Source: Asterias rubens
Lineage: Eukaryota
DNA length: 64,000 bases
Direction of reading: 5' to 3'
NCBI RefSeq assembly: GCF_902459465.1
Contig: NC_047069.1
Coordinates: 20,770,001 to 20,834,000 of the forward strand
This document shows, in pieces, positions 13,155-25,129 of this stretch. Numbering within the stretch: position 1 is the first letter of the stretch; each line of letters begins with the position of its first letter. Position numbers and translations under genes: made by a program. A model generated the notes under the pieces. The model saw only the letters and a list, made by a program, of their open reading frames with translations, did not search any database and was not told where the DNA came from.

Positions 13155-16100
13155 ATGGATTGGTAAGTACAATCATTACATTACACGCTATGAAAACCCC
13201 GTTTTTTCATCTTTTTAAATACATTTTAACGGAAAATTATGCCTTCAAAATTTGCTTCAAAATATGCTCCTTCGTAAATGTACCTCAGAATTTTAAGTGC
13301 TCCTGACTGTTTCGATAAACGGGCTCGAAAACGATGTCGGTATTTGTTGACAATGCAAGTTTTGCGATTGTTTCACACCATTTTCATTTCTACGGGATCA
13401 GGGATTTGTTCTCTTTTTTAAGTTTGAAAATGTCCGTTTTTTCGATTTCGGGCGTATTTACTCTCGAAGTGTGTGACGTCACGTACAATAATTTTACGTG
13501 TGCAACTATACATCGTGCATCACCAATTTCGTGATAAAATCCTAGCCTTGGGCTGCCAATAGAGATGTATTTCATCGTGCATCAACAATTTTGTGGTAAA
13601 ATACTGGGCTTTATTAAACTAAAAAAGAGAAGAAGTGCATCATGCATTACCAATTTCATGATAAAATCCTTGGCTTGAACAAACTGAAAAAGAGATGTAT
13701 TGCATCGTGCATTACCAATTTCGTGATAAAATTCCCAACTTTTTTTAGCAAGTGTGAACAAAATTGCTCTTCCAACCTGATAATATGAATAAATACTCAG
13801 TAAATACTATTATTATTAAATTTTATTTCAATACAATAATGCAGACACTCTACAAAGTACAAGAACAAAAGCCAGTACACTACATTCCGTTCGTCATGGC
13901 CATAATCATGGCAGCTCGTATTTTCTCTGTCGATTTAGTTTTGCAAAATAGTCATAAAACAGGAACGGACAGAACTTGTTCTTTATTCACTCAATTTATT
14001 CTTTAGAACTTACCGGAATGTGCTTATTTTGTTCCCTTGCCTTGAGAGTTGACAAATGTAAACAACAATATACTTAATTTAAATTACTAAGTAACTAAAT
14101 ACTACTTGTGTGTGAAGTGTTTTGTATACAAAGGCAATGGCCATGTAACATGATGGCCATTCCTTCTTTCTGTAGACATTTTAAATCGATTGTCATGTAT
14201 AGTTTTTACATTGTAGATTGTACATGAGAGTGATTGATTCTTTGCATAGTTTTATGCGCAGCTTAGCCAAATAGTTTGCAAACACTTAGTCCACCCTTCC
14301 CCTCTCATCTGTATTTTTTTTTTACATCCGTTGACAATCACAGGCCCAGCAGTCAAGATGACCTCCCCTACTTCAACGTGAAGATTTTGGGAGACTCCCT
14401 GACGAGGTACGTACACCTTGAAAGTCCTTGGTTTTTGGCAGATACTATTACAAAGCCAGGATGCACTGTACGTCGTATGGTTTCGTTGTTGAAAAAGTTA
14501 CATGCAGATCGCAATGGTACTGGACAGAAGCCGCATGTTGTTGTCCTACATGTGGGTACCAACGATCTGGATGAGAGTGTTCTCCACAAAGACCTCCAGA
14601 ACTTTGAGCAGCTGATTTCATTGGCAAAGGAAACGTTTCCATCGGCTAAAATCATAATAAATTCCATCTTGCCACGTTCTGACTTCAAAATCCTCAACGA
14701 GAAGGGCATCATTCTAAATATGCACCTTGCTAAGCTTTGCAAGAAGGTAGGCTGCATATTCATTGATCTAACAGAGAACTTTCCTCCAGAACTTTTCTCT
14801 TGTGATGGACTTCATCTGAATCATTATGGCATTCGAAGGTTGGCGGATGTCATCACTGACGTCACCACATCCCTACTCATCAGAGTAATTCCAGGCTCTC
14901 GTACAAGCTCTACCAATCGGTTCGTTCCAAAAGAACTGCAGCTGCTTGTCAGAAAGAAAAAAAGGAAGAAAGAGCCCATTTCGAAACCCCAATCCTCGCC
15001 CTCATCCGGACCCCCATCTCCATCAACACCGGAAACACAACTCAAAGAGAACGCAACGAGAAAACATCCAAGGCAACCATCAGGAAAAAAGAGAAGTGCT
15101 GCAGTCGACAGTGATGGATTCCAGCAGGTTGGGTGTAAATTCACCTGTCCATCAGTTGACCCCTACTCCCTTCCAGTTTTCCAGCCTATGTGTCTGCCAA
15201 TGAAGGTGATGGTTTACCACCACAAGCTGCATGTGCTGTCGTCATCATGTGTCCGTCCCCCACAACAACCCACGCCATACATTCAGCGTAAAAAAGCTGG
15301 AGTGAAGAAGAGGCGGAGGATGGCCCAGGCAAGGAAGAAGAGGAAAAAGAAAAATCGAAAGGTATTTCACAATGGATTCTTTTAACCAACAATTCACTAT
15401 AAGCTTTTGTACTGTCACGAGTTCAATAGGCCCCCTTACGGATGATGTTTTTTTTTTTTTTTGTAACATTCCTTAAGTGCTGTAACTTTACTGGCACTTT
15501 TCTGACAGTCGTAAACATACATGTACACAATGAATGGGGTTCCATTCTTCTGGAACGTGATAAACAAACCATGATGTCATCAGTACAAGGGTAAAGGCAT
15601 TAGATTTTGAAAAAAATTGAATCCACTGTTGCCTAAATGTTTTTCCAACTATTTCCAACTGCCACCTATTTAAACAAAATTTGAAAAGGAGAACAATTTC
15701 AACATATTTTTGTATGTATGACTTGTAAACAAAGATTTCTTGCACAAAGCTACTTAAAATGAAGATAATTTATTACATTACATACTTATTTTTCCGTTCT
15801 AGGTGCTGGCTGCCTGGCCATGTGGCAAACCTTCATCACTGTCATTCAAGTACAGCAAAGACAATCAAACTCCTACAAAGCTTAGCACTCATACAAAATT
15901 CCTAGAGGTAATAAGGAAGGCCACATGGAAAGGAACTTACGAAGACGAGTTACTTCCATCTAATGCTGCCCTTCGGTTTCACTGGCTCAGGTCCTGTTGG
16001 GTCAGCACAGTGTGGGGTCAAGCTCTAATACCAAACTTCATGTATCCTGATGTTTCAGAGTATGGCTGGAAAGTTTCAAATGAACCTTTTACTTTGGAAT

Positions 16101-16486
16101 TTGTATGGGATACAGAAGAAAACATACAGGTTATCCGCTCAAATGTGAAATTTTTAACAAGAGGTTGCGCATGCTCAAAGAGCTCCTGCCGTACTAAGGT
16201 ATGTGCCTGTAAAAAGGCTAACCGTTCATGTGGGCCAGGGTGTTCCTGTAAGGAATGCCAAAATGTGTTATTTGCTGTGACTAATGCCAATGAAAATGAA
16301 AGTGTGATAAATGTAGAATGTGATGATGTCGATAGTGACAATAGTTCTGTCGTAAGTGACGATAGCAGTTTTGAAGATGATGAAGAATTTTTAAGTACGG
16401 ATGTCAATGATATTCAAAACGATGCAGAAGAGAGACAGTGTGATGACAACACATCCCTCACTGATAATTACACAGAAACAATGTGA
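13155..16486 (+). CDS. Predicted three-exon protein (569 aa): SGNH/GDSL hydrolase + basic linker + Academ-like C-terminal segment with CXC finger and acidic tail
   Basis: Exons 13155-13162 (ATG GAT TG|gtaagt), 14344-15361 (cacag|; AAG|gtattt) and 15803-16486 (ttctag|) have compatible phases (2, then 0), total 1710 nt, no stops. SGNH blocks: ILGDSL, LHVGTNDL, DGLHLN. Downstream: LLPSNAALRFHWLRS and GCACSKSSCRTKVCACKKANRSCGPGCSCKECQN. The splicing is predicted, not observed. Confidence 0.68.
13505..13735. repeat. Four imperfect direct copies of catcgtgcat(c/t)accaattt(c/t)gtgataaaat
   Basis: Seen at ~13511, ~13574, ~13640 and ~13703, inside predicted intron 1 of the SGNH gene. Confidence 0.65.
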
Positions 16487-16729
16487 TGATTTCTTGTGTG
16501 TTCATATATTTCATATTGCAGCTGGTTTTGTTTTCTTCATTTCGGCCAAGTCCTATTGTGCCTCCTGAAAAGAACAAACAAATTGTGTGGTTAGGACATT
16601 ATGTAATATAACTACATGTATACAATTGTTTTACTTTATTTATTAAGGTCAGTAACTTGCCTTTATAGAACAACATTTCGTTCTCCACCGTTTTTAGTAT
16701 CCACCACTTGTAATGTTTTTCTATTTTCT

Positions 16730-17960
16730 AAAGCAGATATTTATGTGTAAAATGTCCAGTTTCTTAAGTGAATGTTTTGGTTGTAGTATTCAATCTAAGT
16801 TTGGACATTTTTGATACGATTGAACTTCTACATTCCACCGCAATGTTAGGTCAGTTCCTTGCCTACATCTGTAATGTTATTTATTTTTATATTGTACTTT
16901 TAGTTTATATTATATATCCAATATTTCATTTTGGGTTTGTGTATTTTATCAATGTTGAAAGCTGCCAAACTGTTTTATATAAACTGCCAAATTTTGTAAA
17001 TGTGAAAGAAGTAAGACAGTTAGTTGTAATAATGTTGATTCTTTATCATGCTAAAGTATGATACATGTATTTACACGGGTCTTTGTACTTAACAATACTT
17101 TCATGTACTATTATATATCCAACAAGTTATACACAAAGGACTTACACATGTACATGTGTTTGCATTTTGGTCTTGTGTATAGTTATCAATACCAACAGCT
17201 GCAAAACTATTTATATAAACTGCAATTTTTTTTAAAAGAAGTAAGACAATTGCAATAATGCTGATTCTTATGCTAAAGTATTGTTTTTAAACGGGTCTTT
17301 GTACTAAAACAATACTTTCGTGTACTATTAGTATTAAACATGTATTATGTATATCCAACAAGTTATACATACAGACCTTAGAGTGTAAATCCACAACTTG
17401 TAAATACTTTTCTACTTTTTACAACAGCTATTTTGTTTAGGTGTAAAGCGTCCAGCTTCTTTAAATAGTGATTGTTTTAGTTTTGGTTGTAGTGTTTAAT
17501 CTAAGTGTGGGCATTTTATATACGATTGAACTGTTACATTCCATCGCTATATTGAACTGGTATAAGTTGTTTGGACAGTTCCTTGCCTACATCTGTCAAT
17601 TAATTTTTTTATATTGTACTATTATTAATATTATTATATTAATGTTTTTAAACGGGTCTTTGTATTGTTTTATTATTAATATTATATATCCAAAAAGTTA
17701 TACACACAGGTATTTTTGTCAATACCGAAAGCTGCCAAACTGTTTATATAAACTGCCATGTTTTAATAAAAAGTAAGACCAAATGTTAATTCTTATTATG
17801 CTAAAGTTGGGTATTTACACAGGTCTTTGTTTTTGTATTAGAACACAAGGGCAATTTATTTCGACTATGCAATATTTTATGACCTTGCAATTTAGATTGA
17901 TATATCAAACAAACAGTATGAAGGAAATCCTAGTGTATGTACTAGTACTTTTTTTTTTTT
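16730..17960. repeat. Diverged AT-rich tandem duplications in the 3' part of the nested element
   Basis: The block gtgtaaa..gtccag.ttct...tacgattgaact..tacattcc occurs at ~16745 and ~17441. The sub-unit gctgc.aaact.tttatataaactgc...aagtaagac occurs at ~16960, ~17198 and ~17730. Confidence 0.65.
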
Positions 17961-20232
17961 TTGCATACATACATTTTTAGTTGTTTTTCTCATTTATTTT
18001 TTAAATGAAGTATTTTATAAGGTGCTATAATTTGTTTACATATTTGTTATGATGTTTACAAGTTCAAACATATATATTGTTGAAATAAATTGTTGTTATA
18101 TCGCTTAAGAAGTTTGACTGTGTTTATTATGACTTATTATTATTAATAGTTACTGCTGAGTGCTGGACTGATGTATAAATGATTGACACACATACCTAAC
18201 TTTTTTAATTTTTTTTTTTACACAACCCCTTCTTCAAAAAAATTGGCTCAAAGTCATTACAAACAAAAATCTTATTTAAAACGATCAGACATTATTAAGC
18301 AGACATACATTATGAAAAATCAGTCACGAATTGTCTGTTTTAAGCATAATTAGAAACATTTTCCATACTCACTTCATTGCGTTTCAAGTTAGTCAAGTGT
18401 CGCGGTTTGTTTACACACAGCAAAGTGTACGAGGCAAATATAATAGTCTGGTTGCTCCATGCCGTCGAATTTTGTGTTGATTCCCGCTTATGCAGTCTGT
18501 TAACCCAACTGCCTTGTGTGCTGTATCGCAGCACGTGATTGGCTGTTTTTGGCTGCAGACGGCTGACCGTGTACGTACGTTGACCAACCATACTTGCGCT
18601 CTGTTGAAATCGAACCCGCAGGCTGAAACTCGTGGTTCGTTGCAGTCCGAGAAACGAGGGTGAACATTTTGACTGCTCCTGACTGTTTCACGGTATTTGA
18701 TGCTCAGAATACATGATTTTTGTAAGAAGAAATGTCTACTCTTTAGATTCGTATATAATTCATGTCTACGGTGGATAGATGAGACAACGTTTGAAGCCTT
18801 TTTACAAGTGCATTTTTTTTTCACGAAAATGCAAATGTTTTTGCTACAAAATCTCACGTAATGTACACCCTACCACTATTATTTTGTTCATGATAAAAAT
18901 CTTGTATATTTTTGTATTTGCATTCCAAATAATTCCAAATTCTACTGAAAACTTTGACAGTTACAAGGTTTTTAAAAAGGGGTCGCCAAGCTCATTAAAT
19001 ATGCACAGCCCAACGGAACGTGCATACGTAAAAAACAAACGGAAGCACTTTTCAGTGGGCTGCGCGCTGACTGTGTGTGTGTGTACTGTGGTCGTACTAA
19101 AACATAACGTTGTCGTTAGGCGTACAACTTAACGTTAGGCGTACATACTGTTCGTACTGTAGCCTATCTATTTCCCCAAATTTGTCATTTGTTGGAACAT
19201 ATGACACTGATTAAATGCAAGATGTTGTACCCTGAAAAAAGGTGTAACTTAAGTTTTCGGCTTTCATTCAAATCAGCATGCATGATCAGGAAGAGGACCC
19301 TCTAAAAAAATTCTCTATTTATTGTTTTTTGTCCTACTGGCCAGCTGCCGCTTTGTTGGACCTGGCAGCCTTCATAGATGGCTTCTGCTGTCTGCCCACA
19401 CTCCCCAACCCCAATACACATTACTAAAGTAAACGTTATACATGAAATTAATATGTATCCTTCCATCTTTAACTTTCAGAATGGCAAACAAATCCGTTCG
19501 ATTTTACCCTGGCCTTGATGTGATTCTCTTGAGGGAGGTCTTGGCAATTTCCAGCGAAGGATTATCAAAAACAGCATAGGAGGGAATCAACAAGATAATA
19601 AATGAAGCCATGAAGACAAAGAATACTTATGTAACACTGAGAGCATGTAAAGATCGCCTTCGTCACCTACAGAATGCTCACCGAAGAAACGAAATGAGTT
19701 CTTTACGAGCGTAAGTATTTTTACATATACAAATTGATCAATATTTAGGCAAATTTCAAACAATCAAACAAATTTAGTTTTTGTACATGTGTCTCAGGAT
19801 TTTAAGCATAGTCTAAATTGACGTCCCATTGAAAAATTACCAAGATGGTGGCATTATGAGAAAGGTCTTATACTCTATTGCAATGCACTGAAGTCACAGA
19901 AGAGGAATAATTAAACACATGAAATAAATAGTAGCCTAATCTTTCTCTTCACTGTGTTACCATTTCAGCTCCGGTACAGACGAGGAGTATGATGAACGGA
20001 GCCAGCTTCTAACAGAACTGGCTGATTTGGATGAGGAGAGGAAACATGAAGATGCCAAGAAAAAGAGTGAGGAGGAAGAAAAAGAAAAGCAGGGCCTAGC
20101 TATTCGAGCAGCAGCGATGGAATCTCTTGTACCTGCAAAGAAGGCACCAGATGGTGACAAAAAAGGTTATTTTCTGACCTGATTTATTTATGTTATTTTA
20201 TTTATTAAATTACATATCCAACAACATATAAG

Positions 20233-20597
20233 CAGAGGTGGCTCTTTTAGGATTTGTTTTTATTTTTTAAGTTGTCAGATATTGCCTGAGATCGCACCAC
20301 AGATCACCTACAATCCAAAAATTTGGACCCCATGCCATTAGGGCTGCACGGTACTTGCCCGCAGGAGCCACAACTTGCAATCACCATTTGCTGCTTGGTA
20401 CATTTCATGCCCCCCCCCCCCCCCCAGCCCCTTCGAAAAATCCTGGATCCGCCCCTAATAAGCAGGCGCGGATCAAGGGGGGAGGGTCAACACCCCCACC
20501 ACCCTGACGAAAAAAATAATACAAAACATAACAGGGGGTTATTATCAAACTTGAAAATCTATACCCCCCTGCAAAAATTCATGGATCCTCCCCTGAA
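20233..20597. mobile_element. Two adjacent short GGCGGATC/GATCCGCCCCTG-type MITE copies in the Myb gene intron
   Basis: cagaggtggctc...ctggatccgcccct (20233-20456), then caggcgcggatc...ggatcctcccctg (20463-20597). No convincing TSD. Confidence 0.45.
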
Positions 20598-20619
20598 CAG
20601 GGCGAATATAAATATAGAT

Positions 20620-20810
20620 CATAAAAAACAAGAAGAAATGTTCAGTTTTAGATGTGGGAGGAAATTCCCAAACGAGGAAAACCCATGTAGTTAGGTAGGA
20701 ACTGAAATCCCAATCCACATGTGAGGCCATGGTCAACCCTAGGTGGGATTCGAACCGGGTCCACAGAGGTGAAAGGAGGGAAGTTGACCGCTATACCAAC
20801 CTGACCATCC
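20620..20810 (-). mobile_element. tRNA-derived SINE fragment
   Basis: The minus strand reads ggatggtcaggttggtatagcgg (A box) ... ccggttcgaatcccacc (B box), then a body with gggttttcctc...tttcctcccaca as in widespread metazoan SINE central domains. Confidence 0.6.
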
Positions 20811-21365
20811 AAGAAATTTTATGAAAGTCTTGTTCTTCTATCCAATCCTTTTTTTTAATAAAACAAAATTTAAAGAGGAGGGAAATTTCTTAATCAATAT
20901 TTTTCTCTCACTCTTCGAGTCTTAAGGCTTAGTTTGGAAATCATTTACATGTCAGCATTGTCATTTTCATATTGTGTATTTTGTAACTGTTCATTATTTC
21001 AGACACAGAGCTGACACCAAGAAAACGCCGAGGCACAGCAGACTCATATGTCAAATATCTAGAAGACAAACTAGAATTTGAACGAGAAAAGTTTGACTTG
21101 GAAAAAAAGGAAAGAGAAGCAAGGCTGGAAAAAGACAAAGAAATGATGACATTGATGATGACCCTCATAAAAAAGTAAAGTGATCCTAGCATGCCGTTTG
21201 AAAACCGTGTTAACAATTTCAAGTTTTTGTAGTTTTTATACCAGCACTTTGTTGTTTTGTTGGAAGTCAGGATTTTCAGCATGTATTGCATAGACATGCA
21301 TTTCTTTTTTTTTACATTTTGTGATGTTTTAAGTCCAATGTTCCACTGAACCATGATGAGTTATA

Positions 21366-21537
21366 CACTCTAAAGAGTGATACTAAAGTGTTGAATCCAA
21401 CACAATATTATTGTTCGAGGATTCAACATCTAAAATGCTGGATTCAACACTTCAACACTTGGATTCAAAACTTTCAAAGTGCTGTCACTCCTCGAACAAT
21501 GGTAAGTGTTGGATTCAACACTTTAGTTTTTAGAGAG
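21366..21537. mobile_element. 172-bp CAC-ended MITE (EnSpm/CACTA-like), TA flanks
   Basis: TA|cactctaaa...actaaagtgttgaatccaacac at left and gtgttggattcaacactttagt...tttagagag|TA at right. Internal ggattcaacac repeats. Confidence 0.6.
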
Positions 21538-22651
21538 TACATTGCCAAAGAAGTCTCCGCCATGAGTAGATCCATAGTCCAGTTTCTTGCCCATTGCAAC
21601 CAAAGTGAAATTGTTGTTTTGAAGTTTGAAGTACATTAATCTATATAATTCATTGCATGACTATACTTATTTTGTCAATGGATCAACAGATAGCCTTTTT
21701 TATTTGACTTTTTGAGAGCAGACCAAGAAATGTGATTTGTTCATGTTCAACAGGTGTCGCCATCTTGGGACTTTGTGGAGGCAGTCATTTGTCACAAAGC
21801 AAACTTAAAAAAGGACTCTTTTAGTGTGGCACGTCGCACAGCCTCAACAAAATCAAAGTGTATAATTGGCATATGTGCAACTGCTACCATCGTTGTTTAG
21901 ATTTACATTATGACGATGGGTCCAAAGATGGAAGTGCCCATAATGTATACAGACCCATATTATCATGTTCGTTTACAATGTGAGGTCACTGACATGTGTT
22001 AAAGGAATTCGCACTGAAAAGGGTATTAAAAAAAAACCAAAAACATTTATCACCACTTTAAAGTAAGGTTAGAGGCTTGTAATTTGTTTTCTCAATTTAT
22101 TAAGACTTATGCCTTTTGGAAAAACAGTGAATCACAGAACTGAATTTGACTTTAAAGGAAGGTTATTATAATTTACGGGTGATGTAATTTCTTTTGCAGT
22201 TGCTTATTGAAATAAAGGTTGAAAAATATCTTGCAAAACTAGTTTCATTTGTCAATATGATTGATAAGGATGGTTTGTTTCCCTTCAAAGTGTAAGGTAG
22301 CAATGCCCAATTTCATGGAATACCTTATTCCATAGTCTTTACCTGCTCAGTAAGTTACCAACATTAGAAGGAAACCAGTGAGATTATACCGCTTTAGTTG
22401 GGGAATAATAAAGGGAATCCAAATTATATAGACCCCTACAGTAAACATTTAAAATAAGAAATAAAATTATAAGTAAAATTAAGAGCACAGCAACAGAAAA
22501 CAACAACTACATGTACTGGTGAACTTGTTGACGGGTCAAGAGCTGATCAATTTTATTCTTATAACCTTTCGGTGTGTGTGTGTGGGGGGGGGATGTTTTT
22601 TTTTTTTTTTTTTTTTTTTTGGGGGGGGGGTTGATCGTTGGGTCCTAAATA

Positions 22652-23212
22652 CAGTGTGTCTCAAAAAAACAAAAACAAAAAACAATCAAAAATTCAATGG
22701 AATTATGTAGAATGTGTAACCAACAGGTATGGTTTGAAACATACACCTTTCCGCTTTAACATGAGACATCAAATAATGTCCAAATCTGTTTACTTTTGAC
22801 AGAGTTATGAGTAATTGTCCGAGAGAGGTCAAGTTGGTTATGGGATCAAGTTTTTAAATGCAATGATAATCGATTCGGTTTGGATGTGCAAGTGTTGCAT
22901 AATCTGTCCCTAGGACAGGCAATTATTCACACAGGCAATCTGGCTACCTTTGACCCAATGCCTAAAACTTAAAACTTGGTCCCATGGTAAATTTAACCTC
23001 TCTTGGAAAACTACTCATAACTCTGCCAAAATTAATAATAGATTTGGACATTTCATGGCTCATTTTAAAGTGAAAATGGCATATCTTTCAAACCATACCT
23101 ATATTATTCATATTGGTTACACATTCTACATCTGGCATTGCATTGGATTTTGATTGCTTGGTTTTGTTGTTGTTGTTGTTGTTGTTGTTGTTTTTTTTTT
23201 TTAAACACACTA
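22652..23212. mobile_element. Tc1/mariner-type MITE between the two Harbinger genes
   Basis: TA|cagtgtgtctcaaaaaa ... tttttaaacacacta|TA, plus an inner inverted pair (atgtagaatgtgtaaccaa / ttggttacacattctacat). Confidence 0.65.
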
Positions 23213-23333
23213 TAAATTTAAGTTACTCAAAGCCTGGCATTGCAAAAATCACTAAATTCTTCCAGGTATAATCCTTTATATGAAGCAAAATTCATGGGTT
23301 CAAAGTTCAGACGGTTGTACATGATGGATGGAA

Positions 23334-24393
23334 TCATGCCAAATAGTCCTCCAATGAGGGTGGATCCAATTGGAAGAAACTGCTTGTCTGGTTAGAGGCA
23401 CGTATGACAGTTGGTGAGGAGCCCGCCAACCAGATAGTACTTAGCCACTGGAGACAACAGTACTTTCAAGTTCTTGCGAAAGTCAAGGAAGGCAAACAGT
23501 TTAATCATCTTGCCAAATTCCCACTCCACGCATTCTCGGACCGATGACATTCGTGAGTTGAATTCTTGTTCCTCATGTGTCAGATCTGCTCCTTTGAATG
23601 GGCCTATTAGATACCGTCTGATTGGATAAGCGGGATCCCCATAAATTGCGTAGGGAAGGCCATTTCTGTCCGTCAGATTTCTTGCCTCAAATTCTCGCAT
23701 CAGTCCACTCATGCGAAGCAGAGCACTATCATGTCTTCTACCTTCCACTGGGCCGTAAAGATGAGCAATCAACCCATTAGGTATCACCACTGACTGGAAT
23801 TTCAAGGCATGTATCCTTTTGTGTCCATTGTAACAGATGCGCTGATGACGGGTCGGCCTACAAATTGGACGAACTGTCCCATCCACGAATCCAAAGCAAT
23901 TCTGCAAAGGTGCCCCTTTATCATAAATAGCATCTGCATAAACTTGCAGATGCGCACGATCTAGCCAAATATTATCGAAGGATTGAAAGCGATTGTGATG
24001 CAAATCATACAAAAGTTCAACGGTCTCATTGACAACAAGCGAAATAGTGGATTTTGGTCTCCCAAACAACTCTTCCAAGTCCGATAAGCGATTTGGATAA
24101 GCGAATCTCCTTAGGACCATGCAAATAGCATCAAGGCCACTGCAAGTGGACTTATTCCTCAACGTTAGTTTCTCTGGAAGTCTAAGTAATTCTCGCAGCC
24201 GGTAAATGTCATCTTTTAGAAATCTGAACTTGTCTAAGCACTGATTATCATTTGGTGTTAATAAATCAAACCTTGGCCACTCTGGATTGAATGTGATCCT
24301 CTTTGGTATTGGTTCATTGCTCAAGAGGAGGTATAGGAAGTCATCATCTTCGTCTTCAATCGCAAAATCGACCATACTCATGGGCGCTGCCAT
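23334..24393 (-). pseudogene. PIF/Harbinger (HARBI1-like, DDE_Tnp_4) transposase with a C-terminal frameshift
   Basis: ORF 23392-24393 has GFVDGT, YNGHKRIHALKFQ, YGDPAY and RECVEWEFG (D-D-E intact). The expected tail NQTSSFFQLDPPSLEDYLA* continues in another frame to a TGA at 23334. Confidence 0.9.
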
Positions 24394-25129
24394 TTTAAAG
24401 TTTGCGCCCTCTATAGCTTAGTTAAATGTAACCGTGGGGTCATCAACGAAACCCTCTGACTATGCGCGTGTGATGGGGGACGCCTATTACGCTTGACGAT
24501 TAGCTATCTGTAGTCGTTCACTCTAACCGTGTGCGACCGAAACCTCGCTATTATCCTGCCGTACATGTACACGCACTACACACACGAACATTGCGGTAGA
24601 TTTCCTGAAATAGCCGATTTTCAACAAAGTCATACAACAGAATTCTGCAATTGTTATATTATTTTTTGACAGGTATTATTATCAAAGTCTGTTCTCAACT
24701 CCTTTCAAACCTGGTAGTAGTGCATTCACAGAAAGTATTTTATTTCCTTTTTTCAAAAAGTCAAGTTTGGGGGCCCGTGTGAAATGGTCTATGTTTTACC
24801 CATTTAACACCGTTGACAATTCACGCGCGCAAACTTGATTCGTTTTTCAAAAACACCCCTATCAAAAATGGTATTTCCTTCAGTGTTGCATTCATCCCAG
24901 TCGTCTGTTGTTTCCATATATGGTACTTGTGACCTTTCTGAGGTCAGACTCGAGTCAGTCATGTCGAGATTGTACTTCTTTCGAGAGTTAGGGGTTCTCG
25001 AACGGATTTTGCAAGACTCGCCATAAACCAGAAAATATAGGTCGGTTTTCATTGACGGACCCACTCTATTGAAGTTAAAAGTCTGCTCTTTCTTTTAATA
25101 ACATCCATTTGGATGAGTAAAGAATGAAA

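Larger units (their letters stand above)
12993..19073 (+). mobile_element. 6.1-kb TIR element nested in the Harbinger, probably an Academ-related non-autonomous derivative
   Basis: 16-bp TIR CAGTCAGCGCGCAGCC (12993-13008) and GGCTGCGCGCTGACTG (19058-19073). TGTG flanks both sides (12989-12992, 19074-19077), though the right flank is a TG microsatellite. The internal CXC-bearing exon resembles the Academ C-terminus at 6200-6542. Confidence 0.65.
19481..21178 (+). pseudogene. Harbinger Myb/SANT-like partner protein, three exons, one premature TAG
   Basis: Exons 19481-19710, 19969-~20153/20165 and 21003-21178 have compatible phases. Translation includes VRFYPGLDVILLREVL...TA*EGI (TAG 19577-19579, likely a former TGG), LRACKDRLRHL, SLRASGTDEEYDERSQLL, then a charged coiled-coil tail. 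Confidence 0.78.
12608..24549. mobile_element. Full-length PIF/Harbinger DNA transposon (~11.9 kb including nested insertions)
   Basis: Perfect 22-bp TIRs AGCGAGGTTTCGGTCGCACACG (12608-12629) and its reverse complement (24528-24549). 3-bp ATT on both flanks (12605-12607, 24550-24552). Contains convergent Myb/SANT-like and DDE_Tnp_4-type genes, the canonical Harbinger pair. Confidence 0.88.
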
